Numbered from the stretch's first letter, positions 12,237-23,438 are shown. The stretch is DNA of 64,000 nt from an uncultured Methanosarcinaceae archaeon (GCA_963833425.1 CAWHXP010000008.1:532578-596577); one strand, 5' to 3'. Notes: generated by a model from the sequence alone, not told the origin. Numbers and translations: made by a program.

Positions 12237-14348
12237 TTATGTGCCTTCAAAAGCCTGTAATGTTTCAGAAGCATTTGAAAAAACACCGCTTTTCTTGTTA
12301 TTTTCAGAATCCAGGGGGTCATTGACTTCAACTGCCTTCTCTAATTCAGCAGCACATTCAGCAAGGCTACTTCTGCAAGAGCTTTCATGCATCTTCCTAA
12401 AATCTTCATTTTTTTCTGCAATCCTGATACCGTATCTCTCTTTTGCAGCTTCAAGTATAGCTTCAAACATTCCTGAATAGGAAATATCAGCATAAGCTGC
12501 CATTTTTGCCAAGTGCCCGTCCCAGCACCACCCAGGGTTGGGATTTACTTCAAGGAGCTTTGGTCTTCCTTCGGCATCCAGCCTCCAGTCAAAGCGGGCA
12601 TAATCTCTACACTCCAACCTGTTGAAGAGAGCAACGCAGCATTTCACAATTTCATTTTTGGTTTTTTCTGGGAGATTGGCAAGCACTGACTTAATGTTGC
12701 AGTACGGAGAGTTCGGAAGCCACTTTGCCTCATAGCAGCAGATTTTTGGGAGATCGGCTGGTACTGCAGAGTAGTTTTCTTCAGTAATAGGCAGTACATT
12801 ACATCTAGCAGAGTTTCCAATGATACCAACGCTAATCTCTTTTCCCGGAAGAAACTCTTCCAGCAGGACAGGCTTATATGATCCTATTATTTTCCTTGTT
12901 TCTTTAAGAATTTCTACGAGTTCATCTTGGTTGTGGACAATGTTTTTCTGTGTGATTCCAAAACTAGAATCCCCTGAATTAGGCTTTACGAGTAGAGGGA
13001 ATGAGAGAGACAGTTTAGAAAGATCTGGATCCCCGACGACAAGGATCCCTTTAGCAACAGGAATTTGCATATCTCTGGCAACTCCCCTTACAACTGATTT
13101 ATCATAACAGAAAGCAAGGCATTGAGGCCCTCCTCCTGTATATGGAATACCGAGTTGTTCAAGCAGAGCAGGAATATGAAGCTCCTTTGTTGGATCGTTA
13201 TAATAGCCTTCATCACAGAGGTTAAGCACAAGGTCAATTTTTCCTGCCATTTTCTTAAGATCATCTAGCAGAGTTTCATGTCTGTCAAAGAAAGTAAATT
13301 TCATTAAAGGAACCTCTGCTAGTGCCTTTTTCATTATCTCAAGAGTATTAAAATCATCGTCATCGAATACACAGTCAGGCTTCATTTCGTCTTTTTTCCT
13401 CGGATCCCCTAGCAAAACAACAACATTCAACGATTTTTTACTACTGATTCCCTGATTAAAAGAAGGCCAAGTTTTTTCAACAGAAGCCGAAAGCAGGATT
13501 CTCTGTTCCATCATACCTGCATCCTGCGTTCTTGCTGATACCGAGCTAAAAGTAGTATGGAAAGTAGGATTGCTAAAACCTGATACTGTAAGCAACTCAA
13601 AAAGGCTTTCCTTGTTGTACAATCTTGCAGCATAAAATCGATCTGCAATTATCCCCCTATCTATGCGAGTTATCACTTCCCTACAAATTAATCGATCACC
13701 GTCTGCGGAAAGAGCCCTTTCTCGGCAGACAAAGTACCTTCTACCCAGCCATTCCCATGATCTGGGCTGAAATTTTTTTTTCAAATAATCCCCATCAGAG
13801 GTATCGATAAAAATTTTACCTCCAGGCTTCAGTACTCTAAAAATTTCTTCTAAAACCCTTTTGTCGTGAAATGTGGAATCAAAATAGCCAAAGCTGTTAC
13901 CCAGAATAGTAACTGCGTCAAATGTATCGGATGAATATGGAAGTTTTCTTGCATCTCCTTCCCTAAATCTAACTTTAAGGTTCTCTTTCCGTGCTCGATT
14001 TCTGGCTTTCCTTATAAGGTATTGAGATCTATCATATCCTTCAACACTTGAGAACCCCCTTCTTGCCAACTCTAGTACGTGCCTTCCCTGTCCGCAACAA
14101 AGATCAAGAATTTTTTCTTCTGGAGACGCCCCCAGGATAGAAATAATGAGGTCGACCTCCTTCTTAGTAACTTCCATATCATCTAGAAGATCGGCATCTG
14201 TCTTGAGGTAAAGGGAGTTAAAAAGAGTCAGCCACCAGTCTGATTTGACATAAATTTCAAGATCCTGAACAGGTCCGAGAGTATTCTTCTGTGCGGTACA
14301 TCTAGCGCGTTTGCGCTTGGTATTCAAAGCTTTAGTATTCTGGGTCAT
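12237..14348 (-). CDS. Fusion of a class I SAM-dependent methyltransferase and a D-Ala-D-Ala-ligase-like ATP-grasp domain (703 aa)
   Basis: N-terminal ILDLCCGQGRH, GDARKLPY and VLKPGG. C-terminal GIPYTG, LVKPNSGDSSFGI, EEFLPGKE, YEAKW, ARFDWR and LEVNPNPG. Confidence 0.9.
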   Translation of the reverse strand: MTQNTKALNTKRKRARCTAQKNTLGPVQDLEIYVKSDWWLTLFNSLYLKTDADLLDDMEVTKKEVDLIISILGASPEEKILDLCCGQGRHVLELARRGFSSVEGYDRSQYLIRKARNRARKENLKVRFREGDARKLPYSSDTFDAVTILGNSFGYFDSTFHDKRVLEEIFRVLKPGGKIFIDTSDGDYLKKKFQPRSWEWLGRRYFVCRERALSADGDRLICREVITRIDRGIIADRFYAARLYNKESLFELLTVSGFSNPTFHTTFSSVSARTQDAGMMEQRILLSASVEKTWPSFNQGISSKKSLNVVVLLGDPRKKDEMKPDCVFDDDDFNTLEIMKKALAEVPLMKFTFFDRHETLLDDLKKMAGKIDLVLNLCDEGYYNDPTKELHIPALLEQLGIPYTGGGPQCLAFCYDKSVVRGVARDMQIPVAKGILVVGDPDLSKLSLSFPLLVKPNSGDSSFGITQKNIVHNQDELVEILKETRKIIGSYKPVLLEEFLPGKEISVGIIGNSARCNVLPITEENYSAVPADLPKICCYEAKWLPNSPYCNIKSVLANLPEKTKNEIVKCCVALFNRLECRDYARFDWRLDAEGRPKLLEVNPNPGWCWDGHLAKMAAYADISYSGMFEAILEAAKERYGIRIAEKNEDFRKMHESSCRSSLAECAAELEKAVEVNDPLDSENNKKSGVFSNASETLQAFEGT

Positions 14349-15495
14349 GATCTTGTATCTTCCAGAAAAAAGTTTATGTGCTTTGAGTATATCAAGTTTA
14401 TTGAAGAGTTTTTTCGAATCCTAGCAAACACTAGATTGAAATGAAGTATGTTTTAAAAGATAAATCGGATTTAAAAGTATTTCAAGATAAAATTTGAAAT
14501 AAATTTTAGTTCAGGGAAAATTCATCACTTCCAAGACTCAAACAAGGAAGAAGCAATAATGTCTAAAAATATAATTTCAGCATTAAATTTGAAAATTCCA
14601 TAAATAATAGAGTTTCACCTCTATTCAAGCATTATGGAAGATTATAAAATTTTTAGAAGCCCTAGAATTAGCAGATTATCTACAAATATACTTAGTGCAG
14701 CAAGACATCAGCTTCTCTCAAAAAACGGGCCTCTCCATAGCAAGAAGGCAGAGCTTAACAAAGGAAATGACCCAAAAAAAGCAGGCTAAATCCAATTATG
14801 GAAGTCAGGGTTATTCGTGCAGTGCCTGGCTATGGAGATAACTTGCTAAGCAATCTTTGCCAGTTTTGAAAATACATCAACTTTCTAGCAGCGCTAGCAT
14901 AAAAGCCAAAAAGACAAGCGTTAATTTATTCAAATCCCTTGGTATTCCAAATGCGCTTTTTGCAGAGCATCATGGAGGTTATGAAAGAAAAATCTCAAGC
15001 TAAATTGAAGTACCAGGAGACAAAAATTTTGCCAAACATCTTACAAAATTTTAAAGTTTGCATAAAAATAAGTGCCAAAGAAAATTTAATTATTGATAAC
15101 ATCCATATGTTATGAATTCCTTTTCTGATATGTGATCCGGAAATCAAAGAAATTTTCTGAAGTTTATTCAATAAAGTCACAGTCTCTTAAGTACAGAGTC
15201 GAAAAGACCTTAATGTTGCTGTAAACAAGTGTTTTTAACATAATGATCACTTCAGCCTTAGGTATCCCTCTTAAAATTGTTTTGTTAAAATACATGGATT
15301 CGGAAATGATAGAAAAAGATTCATAATCAATTAAGGAATCAACTTCAGCAAGTCTGTTTCTAATAAACTACCCTAAATACATATATTGTTTACAACTTTA
15401 GTTAATTATTACTTGAAAATTAAATAATATCTAATTAGTACGATAATAATTATATATTTATTCTGTGACTTTGCAAGACAGCAAGTAGAAAATAT

Positions 15496-16340
15496 GGTTC
15501 CGTTACAAAAACTTCAAAAAAATATGTAAATCTAGAAGTAATTAATAAAAGTCAAAATATTCAAGGAAAATATACTAACATTATAAAACTATGCCAAACA
15601 ATTGATTAATGTATTTGACTTCATTAAGAACAGAGTAATTTAGATCGATTACTTGTCCTTTTTTGATCATATTTATAGCTTCAATTCCTTTTAAAGTCTT
15701 ACTAGCAGATCGAAAAGACTGAAAATCCTAACATTGGATTAACGATTCGCTTTATAGATCTATGATCTTGTTCTATACTGTTATTCAAATACCTTACTTG
15801 TCTAATTTCAACATTTTTAAACAAGTTCTTCTCATTATTCAGTTTACCTATAGCAGGTGGATAAGCTGGATTCTTATCAACAGTTATTACTCTTGGAATT
15901 TGATTATGATTCGAACTTAAAACTTTCTTAAAGAATCTCCTCGCAGCTTTTCGGTTTCGTTTTGCATTTAACATGAAATCTATTGTATCTCCATTTGAGT
16001 CAACTGCTCGGTAAAAATATTTCCATTTTGATATAGGTTTCATCAACTCTCCACGAATCATTTGTTGGTCTTAAATGTCTTCTTATCTTCTTTTCTATTT
16101 CAGGGTAATATTGATGCACTCATCTCATTATAGTACTGTGATCAACTTGAATTCCTCTTTTTATCATCGTTTCCGTTAAATTTCTATAGCTCAATGGGTA
16201 TTTTAAGTATCATCTTACATTAAATAGGATAATTTCTCCTTCATAATGCTTCCATTTAAAGGAATTAAATAGCATATTACTATCTTTGATTTTCTTTTTA
16301 TTCTTTTGTATCATTAGAAAGGATTTTTTGCAACGGAACC
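15496..16340 (-). mobile_element. IS6-family insertion sequence, transposase pseudogenised
   Basis: TIRs GGTTCCGTT(A/G)CAAAA. Motifs FKWKHY, YRAVDSNGDTIDF and YLNNSIEQDHR. Perfect 8-bp target-site duplication (TSD) GAAAATAT at 15488-15495 and 16341-16348. Confidence 0.93.
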
Positions 16341-16982
16341 GAAAATATTGTCTCCACGATATTTCTTTGATTATATTTAATTCTGTCAAAGACCAGATTC
16401 AACTGTTTTCTATATTTACCTCTTATTTTCTTTCTTTTTCTCTCTCTTACAGGTATAATGAATTTGCTTTGATTTCTCCTCTAATTATGAATGTATTTTT
16501 TCTGAATAGTATCCTTTATCCATTACATAACAATCAGACTTTCCCATCTTATTTGGTTGCCTTATCAAAGCACTTGCGTGTTTCATTTCGTGGTCTGTTT
16601 TTTGATTAATTTTCCATCCCAATATTACCTTTTTACTTGTGTCCACTGACATTGAAGTTCTCAGAAAGCTTAGAAGAAGTTTCCCTGTTTTTCTGGACTA
16701 ATAACAACTTGCATATGAACTCGTAAATCCTGTTGTATCAATCGCTGCAACATAGACATTTTCTCCATATGAGTAAAACAGCTTTAGAATCCTTGCAGGG
16801 ATAAAGCTTCAGTCTCGAAGACTGAACAGTTTCAAGACTAGTATCAACAAATTTAATGTACTTATTAAACTTCAATATTGAATGTTCCTTCATTTTTAGC
16901 AAAAAAAATAAGAAGAATATTATAACTGAATAGTTATAATACTATGGTGTAAAAGTTCAATTTAGAGCATTTCTACAGAGCC
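16341..16982 (-). mobile_element. Internally deleted IS5-family derivative, right end missing; near-identical inverted copy of 20304-20944
   Basis: Left TIR ends at 16982. Same internal deletion as the 20304 copy. The sequence stops at the IS6 junction. Confidence 0.9.
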
Positions 16983-17902
16983 TGTTTAAGTTAAACTGTT
17001 CGTAATTCCTCTTTTTAGCCCATATTTCATAAAAACTAGCCATTATAGCACTATCTCTGGAACTTAGACATCAATTACTTAGTTTTTCAATTTTTTTCTC
17101 GGATCAAGATATCTGCAGCGATTTTTCCGCCTTTTAATTTCTACAATTTTATTGCGACTTTAAAATCATGATTTAGAAAAGCGCAGAATTTCTTTAAAAC
17201 AATTCAAATTCTTTACTTTGTCAAGGCGATTATTTAACGGCTTTACTAACTTTGAAGTATTATAGACACGTATAAAATTTCGATAATCTTAAATATCATC
17301 AGAAGTAAACTTCTTTAATTATCTATCTTAACACCATTCCATAATACAGTAACGTATAATTTTGACTTTTATGATTCTTAATTCGGTCTATCTGTTGCAT
17401 ACTTTCTCAAATAATTCTTTAATCTTTTTAAATTACTCATACTAAATTAATAGAATTAATTATAGATAAACCATATAATTTTAATGTTAGCTTGCTGTAA
17501 ACTAGGAGAATTTCCACAACAGCAAAAAGAAAAAAAGGGAAGAAAAGAAGTTTAAATGGGAATGAAAAGATGTCTTTCACTCTGGTGAGGGGCAAAAGCG
17601 GTTATGAATGAAAAAAATAAACTGCATGGAAAAGAATAACATGTAAGGTTAAATACTTGCAAGCAATTAACTAACACATGACGCAGAAGAGGGCAGGTGC
17701 ATTGGACAAACCAAAGTAATGTGGAAAAAAAGCTCCGGCTCATGAAAGACAAAAGTTTAATGAGCCTGCTATTGAATTAAAGCTCCGATCCAACCGGCTC
17801 AGAAGTTATTCGATATCGACATAAATTATAAAAGAACAAATAATACTTTTCTATCCCCGACATACTGGTGGATGCATTAATATTAAATATAAATTTATGA
17901 GC

Positions 17903-18082
17903 TCATTGAGCCCATAAAGCAATTATTTTATCAATAGCTACATGGGTAAATTTCCCTTCGTTATTGAGAGTAAGAACATTATCTGCACAAGCTTCAATGA
18001 TTCCCCTGAAAATATCGGGCCCACCACAGTAAACGTCTACAGCCTTGTTAAGATAATGTTCTACTATGAAGGATTGTATCAA
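17903..18082 (-). CDS. Small conserved Methanosarcina protein (MM0924-like, probably an Sm-like beta fold), about 59 aa
   Basis: QSFIVEHYLNKAVDVYCGG...ADNVLTL...HVAIDKIIALW. GGAGGT RBS 7 nt before TTG 18082. Confidence 0.7.
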   Translation of the reverse strand: MIQSFIVEHYLNKAVDVYCGGPDIFRGIIEACADNVLTLNNEGKFTHVAIDKIIALWAQ

Positions 18083-19032
18083 GTTCTTTACCTCCATTTT
18101 CTTTATTGCCTAGTTATTGAAATATTTTTTTTGCTGACACAACCGGCTTTAAATTTGCAGGTTTCGTCTAAATGTAACTATTCATTCTTTTCTTATAAAT
18201 ATATTCAAGGATTAAAGAGAATTTACAGAATGCAATTTTATAATACATGAAAGAAATTTAGCACTTCATAATTTTTCACTTCCTTGTAAACGAAGCCTTC
18301 ATACATATTATATACAATGTGAACATCGCAACATATTATTTTCATCATATTTTTTTGGATGTAATCACAAAATTGAATCAAAGCCGATATAATTTATAAA
18401 TTCTGTTTTATAAACCTAAAAGAAAGTGCAAATATCAAGATCAATGATTCACTTACGATTGAGGATAGTTTTAGTAGTATTGAAAGAATAGCAGTAGACA
18501 AGAATTCATTCAATTGTCTCAAAAGAGTATCAAGATGTAGCGCGGTAAGCATCCATTCCTACCAGCTTAAAAATAAACATTGTAAACATTGAAAAATTTA
18601 TCCAATCTAATTAAACGATTCTCATTCAAAAACAAATAATGATTCAAAAAATAAATGGGAGCTCTGATTTATCTGTTGATTAATTAAATAATCCTTATTA
18701 CGGAAAAAAAGATCAATTTTTTTAAAGATCAGAAATACTTGTATAGGATACAAAATTGAAAAATTTTTTACTCGTACATTCCAGATACCAATAGCAAAAG
18801 TTAGAGATCTAATTAATCTGCTATTCCGGTTGAAAAAAGAAAATAAAAATCGAATATTTCTATTTTATCATTCAATTGAAGCCTCTGTTCCAAAAATAAG
18901 CAAATTTCAATAAAACCCTGATTCTCGAGAGCTATTCATACACAATTCATATGCACATGAAGAAGTTTAGGAATTTATCGAAATTCTCTATAAATTTACT
19001 GTTTTCCTGCACATTATAGTGCCAAAAAAATA

Positions 19033-20229
19033 TTATGAAATAATATCGCTGCAAACCTCCAAAATCTTTCTTGCAACACTATTCCAGCTGTGATTCTCAA
19101 CGACATATTTACGACCTTTCTCTCCCATGATAGCCCGAGTACTCTCATCGGAAATTAATTCTAATATGGCGGTTGCAAGTTCCCCAGGATTTTCGGGATT
19201 CACCACGATTCCCCCTCCTGAGAATTCGATTAAATCTTTAACACCTGGAATACTACTTGCTACGGTCGGCTTTCCACAGGCAAGATATTCGTATGTTTTC
19301 AAGGCTGAAAGCCCTATTTTCGAGTTCCTTCTTTTAATAAAAGGAGCGACACAGATGTCAGATGCATTTATGTATAAAGGAACACTTTCGTAAAGAACCC
19401 CACCAGTGAAGATGAACTTATCGGAAAGCCATAATTCGGAAGCTATTTTCTGTAATTTATTTTTCGTATCTCCATCCCCAACAACTAAAAAACGAACTTC
19501 TGGGTGCTTTTCTAGAATTAAAGGAGACGCATAAATCAGGAACTCGACACCCTGCCAGGCTGCAAGGTGCCCGACAAAACATATGTATTTTTTTGAGTTT
19601 TCTAACCCAAGTTCTTTCTTTACTTGTTCTTGGGCCATAGGCTTGAATAAATCAGTATTTGCCCCATTATTGATAACAAAAACCTTATCCGCAGGAATCG
19701 AATACAAGCTAACAATTTCATCCCTGAGTTTATCTGTAACAGAAACGATTCTATCACAATACTTGTAATTGAGTTTTTCAGAATGGAATGCGAGAAAAGA
19801 AAAAACCTTGTATGCAAATGATTTGGAATTCGTATTTACTTCTAACTCATCTAGAACTAGTCCGTTAACTTCCACAACTAAAGGAATTTTCAAAAATTTA
19901 CATATAAACATAGGAAAAAATGGAAAAGAATTCTGCCGTAGATAAAGCACATCAGGCCTATTTTTGATACACGAATAAAAAAGATAAAATGCGAGCATGA
20001 TTTCGTAAGATGGCTGTATTAGATACTTATTGTTTATTACAGGCACATACTTTATTCCGGAAATGGCATGGTTTTCGCCCTTCGTACCAGGAGCAAAAAG
20101 GACTATATTAGTATATATTTTTAAATTTTTGAGGATCTCAAGTATATGTATATTCGAACCTGATTTGGAATTAAAAGAGCCGTAAAAAACTAAAAAAATA
20201 TTATTCACTTTTTTGAACATAATTGACAT
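19033..20229 (-). CDS. Glycosyltransferase family 4 (GT-B)
   Basis: VINNGAN, FVGHLAAWQG, VGDG and LKTYEYLACGKP. Confidence 0.92.
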   Translation of the reverse strand: MSIMFKKVNNIFLVFYGSFNSKSGSNIHILEILKNLKIYTNIVLFAPGTKGENHAISGIKYVPVINNKYLIQPSYEIMLAFYLFYSCIKNRPDVLYLRQNSFPFFPMFICKFLKIPLVVEVNGLVLDELEVNTNSKSFAYKVFSFLAFHSEKLNYKYCDRIVSVTDKLRDEIVSLYSIPADKVFVINNGANTDLFKPMAQEQVKKELGLENSKKYICFVGHLAAWQGVEFLIYASPLILEKHPEVRFLVVGDGDTKNKLQKIASELWLSDKFIFTGGVLYESVPLYINASDICVAPFIKRRNSKIGLSALKTYEYLACGKPTVASSIPGVKDLIEFSGGGIVVNPENPGELATAILELISDESTRAIMGEKGRKYVVENHSWNSVARKILEVCSDIIS

Positions 20230-20303
20230 TACCAGAATAACAAAAGTAGTTAATTAGTTTTATCCACCATTTTATGGGATATTTTAAAAATCTTTGAATC
20301 CAC

Positions 20304-21092
20304 GGCTCTGTAGAAATGCTCTAAATTGAACTTTTACACCATAGTATTATAACTATTCAGTTATAATATTCTTCTTATTTTTTTCGCTAAAAATGAAGGA
20401 ACATTCAATATTGAAGTTTAATAAGTACATTAAATTTGTTGATACTAGTCTTGAAACTGTTCAGTCTTCGAGACTGAAGCTTTATCCCTGCAAGGATTCT
20501 AAAGCTGTTTTACTCATATGGAGAAAATGTCTATGTTGCAGCGATTGATACAACAGGATTTACGAGTTCATATGCAAGTTGTTATTAGTCCAGAAAAACA
20601 GGGAAACTTCTTCTAAGCTTTCTGAGAACTTCAATGTCAGTGGACACAAGTAAAAAGGTAATATTGGGATGGAAAATTAATCAAAAAACAGACCACGAAA
20701 TGAAACACGCAAGTGCTTTGATAAGGCAACCAAATAAGATGGGAAAGTCTGATTGTTATGTAATGGATAAAGGATACTATTCAGAAAAAATACATTCATA
20801 ATTAGAGGAGAAATCAAAGCAAATTCATTATACCTGTAAGAGAGAGAAAAAGAAAGAAAATAAGAGGTAAATATAGAAAACAGTTGAATCTGGTCTTTGA
20901 CAGAATTAAATATAATCAAAGAAATATCGTGGAGACAATATTTTCTGTAGTTAAAAGAAAATTAGGAGAAACAGTAAGGGCAAGGAAATTCCGTTATCAA
21001 GTGAAAGAGATTAAAATTAAATTAATAATATACAACATAGATAAAAAAGTTGTAGAGGTAATTGGCATCAAATTGAGGATTTCTACAGAGCC
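20304..21092 (+). mobile_element. Non-autonomous IS5-family derivative (789 bp, internal deletion of about 210 bp)
   Basis: Perfect TIRs GGCTCTGTAGAAAT / ATTTCTACAGAGCC and perfect 8-bp TSD GAATCCAC; transposase frameshifted. Confidence 0.95.
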
Positions 21093-21309
21093 GAATCCAC
21101 GGTTATTTATACACTCTATATAAACATCTGGCCAAATTTATGAGTTTCTCAAAATTCATCATATATCATTTTCCTTAAATTGAGAAAAGTGGTTTAATGT
21201 GGATCTTGAAAATAATAATTTAATGCATTTTTAGGAGATTTATTTATAGGATGAACCCTCTATTTTTTTCTGTTTTTAGCCTGGCAGGAGCGAAAAAAGG
21301 TAAAAAGGT

Positions 21310-22509
21310 ATGAAAGTACTGGAAGTATGTCAGGAATTTCCTAACAGGTATTACCCTCAGCTTGGGACATTCATAAAACAAGGTATTGATTCGATTGCAA
21401 ACCAGAAAGTAAACGTTACTGTTGTTTCTCCAAAACCTTTTGTGATTCCTTTTTCTGCATTTCCATATCATAATTTTTCAAAACTACCACGGATTGAGCA
21501 TACCGAAAAATACGATTTGCACTACCCACGATATTTATATCTAGTTCCTAAAAAGTATTTTTACCCTCTTACAGGAATCTCATATGCTCATTTCATTTCC
21601 AGATACGCAATTAAAAATATAAAGCCAAAACCTGAACTTCTCCATGCACATTTTTCGTACCCTGATGGGTTTGGAATGATAAGACTTGCAAAGAAATGGA
21701 AGATTCCTTTTGTAATAAGTGCACTAGGCACGTTAGAAAGGAAAATTGCCTATGAGGGATCCTACACCTCAAAGCAAATATTTGAGGCTATGAATTGTGC
21801 GGATAAAGTTCTTTCTGTCAGTGAAGACCTAAAGCTCCATATAGTAAATCTGGGAATATGCGAAGATAAAGTTAGTGTGGTCCCAAACGGCGTTGATTTA
21901 GAGAAGTTCAAGCCCGCAGGAAAAGAGTATGCAAGGAATATGTTAAATTTACCTCAGGATAAACAAATTGTTCTGTTCGTTGGAGCCTTAAAAAAAATTA
22001 AAGGTGTAGACTACCTTATTGAGGCCGCCAAAAGTTTTCTGGACACTAATATCAGTCTTTATATGGTTGGTAGGGACGATGGCATGAAGAAAGGCATGGA
22101 AAAAAGAGCACATGAGCTCAAAATTAGCAATTACATTAAATTCACCGGGCCCTTAAACCATGAGAATATTCCGCTATGGTTTTCAGCCTCTGATATACTG
22201 GTGCTCCCCTCCCTTTCCGAGGGTAGACCAAATGTGGTACTTGAAGCCTTAGCCTGTGAAGTTCCTGTAGTAGCAACGAATGTAGGTGGAATTCCGGAAT
22301 TAATGATCGATGGGAAAACAGGATATCTAGTGCCTGCAAAAAACCCTATGGTATTATCTGAAAAAGTTAATAAGCTGCTTGGGGATAGAGACCTGAGAAT
22401 AAAAATGGGTAAATTCGGACGAAAGACCATAATCCAGCGTGGGCTTACCTGGGAAACCTACGCAAAAAAAACTGTAAAAATATACTCGAAAATTTTGATG
22501 AATAGTTAA
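21310..22509 (+). CDS. Glycosyltransferase family 4 (TuaC-like)
   Basis: LHAHFSYPDG, VPNGVD and LPSLSEGRPNVVLEALACEVPVVATNVGGIPE. Confidence 0.93.
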   Translation: MKVLEVCQEFPNRYYPQLGTFIKQGIDSIANQKVNVTVVSPKPFVIPFSAFPYHNFSKLPRIEHTEKYDLHYPRYLYLVPKKYFYPLTGISYAHFISRYAIKNIKPKPELLHAHFSYPDGFGMIRLAKKWKIPFVISALGTLERKIAYEGSYTSKQIFEAMNCADKVLSVSEDLKLHIVNLGICEDKVSVVPNGVDLEKFKPAGKEYARNMLNLPQDKQIVLFVGALKKIKGVDYLIEAAKSFLDTNISLYMVGRDDGMKKGMEKRAHELKISNYIKFTGPLNHENIPLWFSASDILVLPSLSEGRPNVVLEALACEVPVVATNVGGIPELMIDGKTGYLVPAKNPMVLSEKVNKLLGDRDLRIKMGKFGRKTIIQRGLTWETYAKKTVKIYSKILMNS

Positions 22510-23141
22510 AATGGAGTTTAAAGTCTTTGTACTTCAACTACAACTATTCGCAACTTGTTAAAGGCACTCCCTTGAGCACAGCTAGAATGTTTTTTAAAAC
22601 AAATAAACTCTTTTTTTCATATAGTAAAACATAGGCTACAATTATGTACAAAGGTTCCGCTTTGAGTGTACTTATGAAGGTACTTCCTATTTTTTGCTAT
22701 AGTTCTCAGCATTCTGATGTCACTTTTCGTGTAGTAATCTTCAAAATGGAAGCAAAAAATCTATCTGAGGCTCAATGTTTTTTTGGCCTATAAATCTTAT
22801 AATAAATTCCTTGCTCATATAGCGTTTTAGTTTATCCTCACTGTGGTAATCTCAAATTTTTCATTTTTTGGTATATGTGCTTTACTCAATAATTCCTGTA
22901 ATAAGACACAAATTCGATCTAGAAACTTTTCACATAAAAGTATTAATCAGAGTAAAATCTGCTCGATGAGAACCCAATTATAATTATTTGATAACGACAA
23001 AAGAAACATTAATTTCAATAAAATCATTTAAAAATATTAAAATATTTAAAAAAGTAAAAGGATGAGTTTTGGATATAATACGCATTAATATAAATAAATA
23101 TTGCATTATGTAAACAAGTAACTATAGTTATGCTTCTACCT

Positions 23142-23438
23142 CTACCAGCCTTTTCTATATTTCTTTGGAAGCTTTTGTTCCTTATCTGTATCTTTTTTTA
23201 TTTTTTCCGATCTCTTAGCTTTTTTTGTTTCATGAGTCGCGATTTTCAAAACAGTAGAATTTTTTGATCCTTGTTTTAATTCCGTATCCTTTCCGTTTAT
23301 AGATTTCGAAAAAGATGCAGGCTTCTTATTCTCTTCTTTTTCTATTTTCATAAATTCTTTCACATCACGAAGTACCTTCTTCAATGGATTACTCCATTTA
23401 ATGGAGCTCTTTTCGTTATTAGGATTATTGGCAACCAT
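23142..23438 (-). CDS. Hypothetical Lys-rich protein (98 aa)
   Basis: Uninterrupted ORF with purine-rich gagaaggg upstream; highly charged composition. Confidence 0.5.
   Translation of the reverse strand: MVANNPNNEKSSIKWSNPLKKVLRDVKEFMKIEKEENKKPASFSKSINGKDTELKQGSKNSTVLKIATHETKKAKRSEKIKKDTDKEQKLPKKYRKGW

Noticed and set aside
14700..14990. GC-richer patch that may be a gene relic
   Set aside because: No family motif could be assigned.
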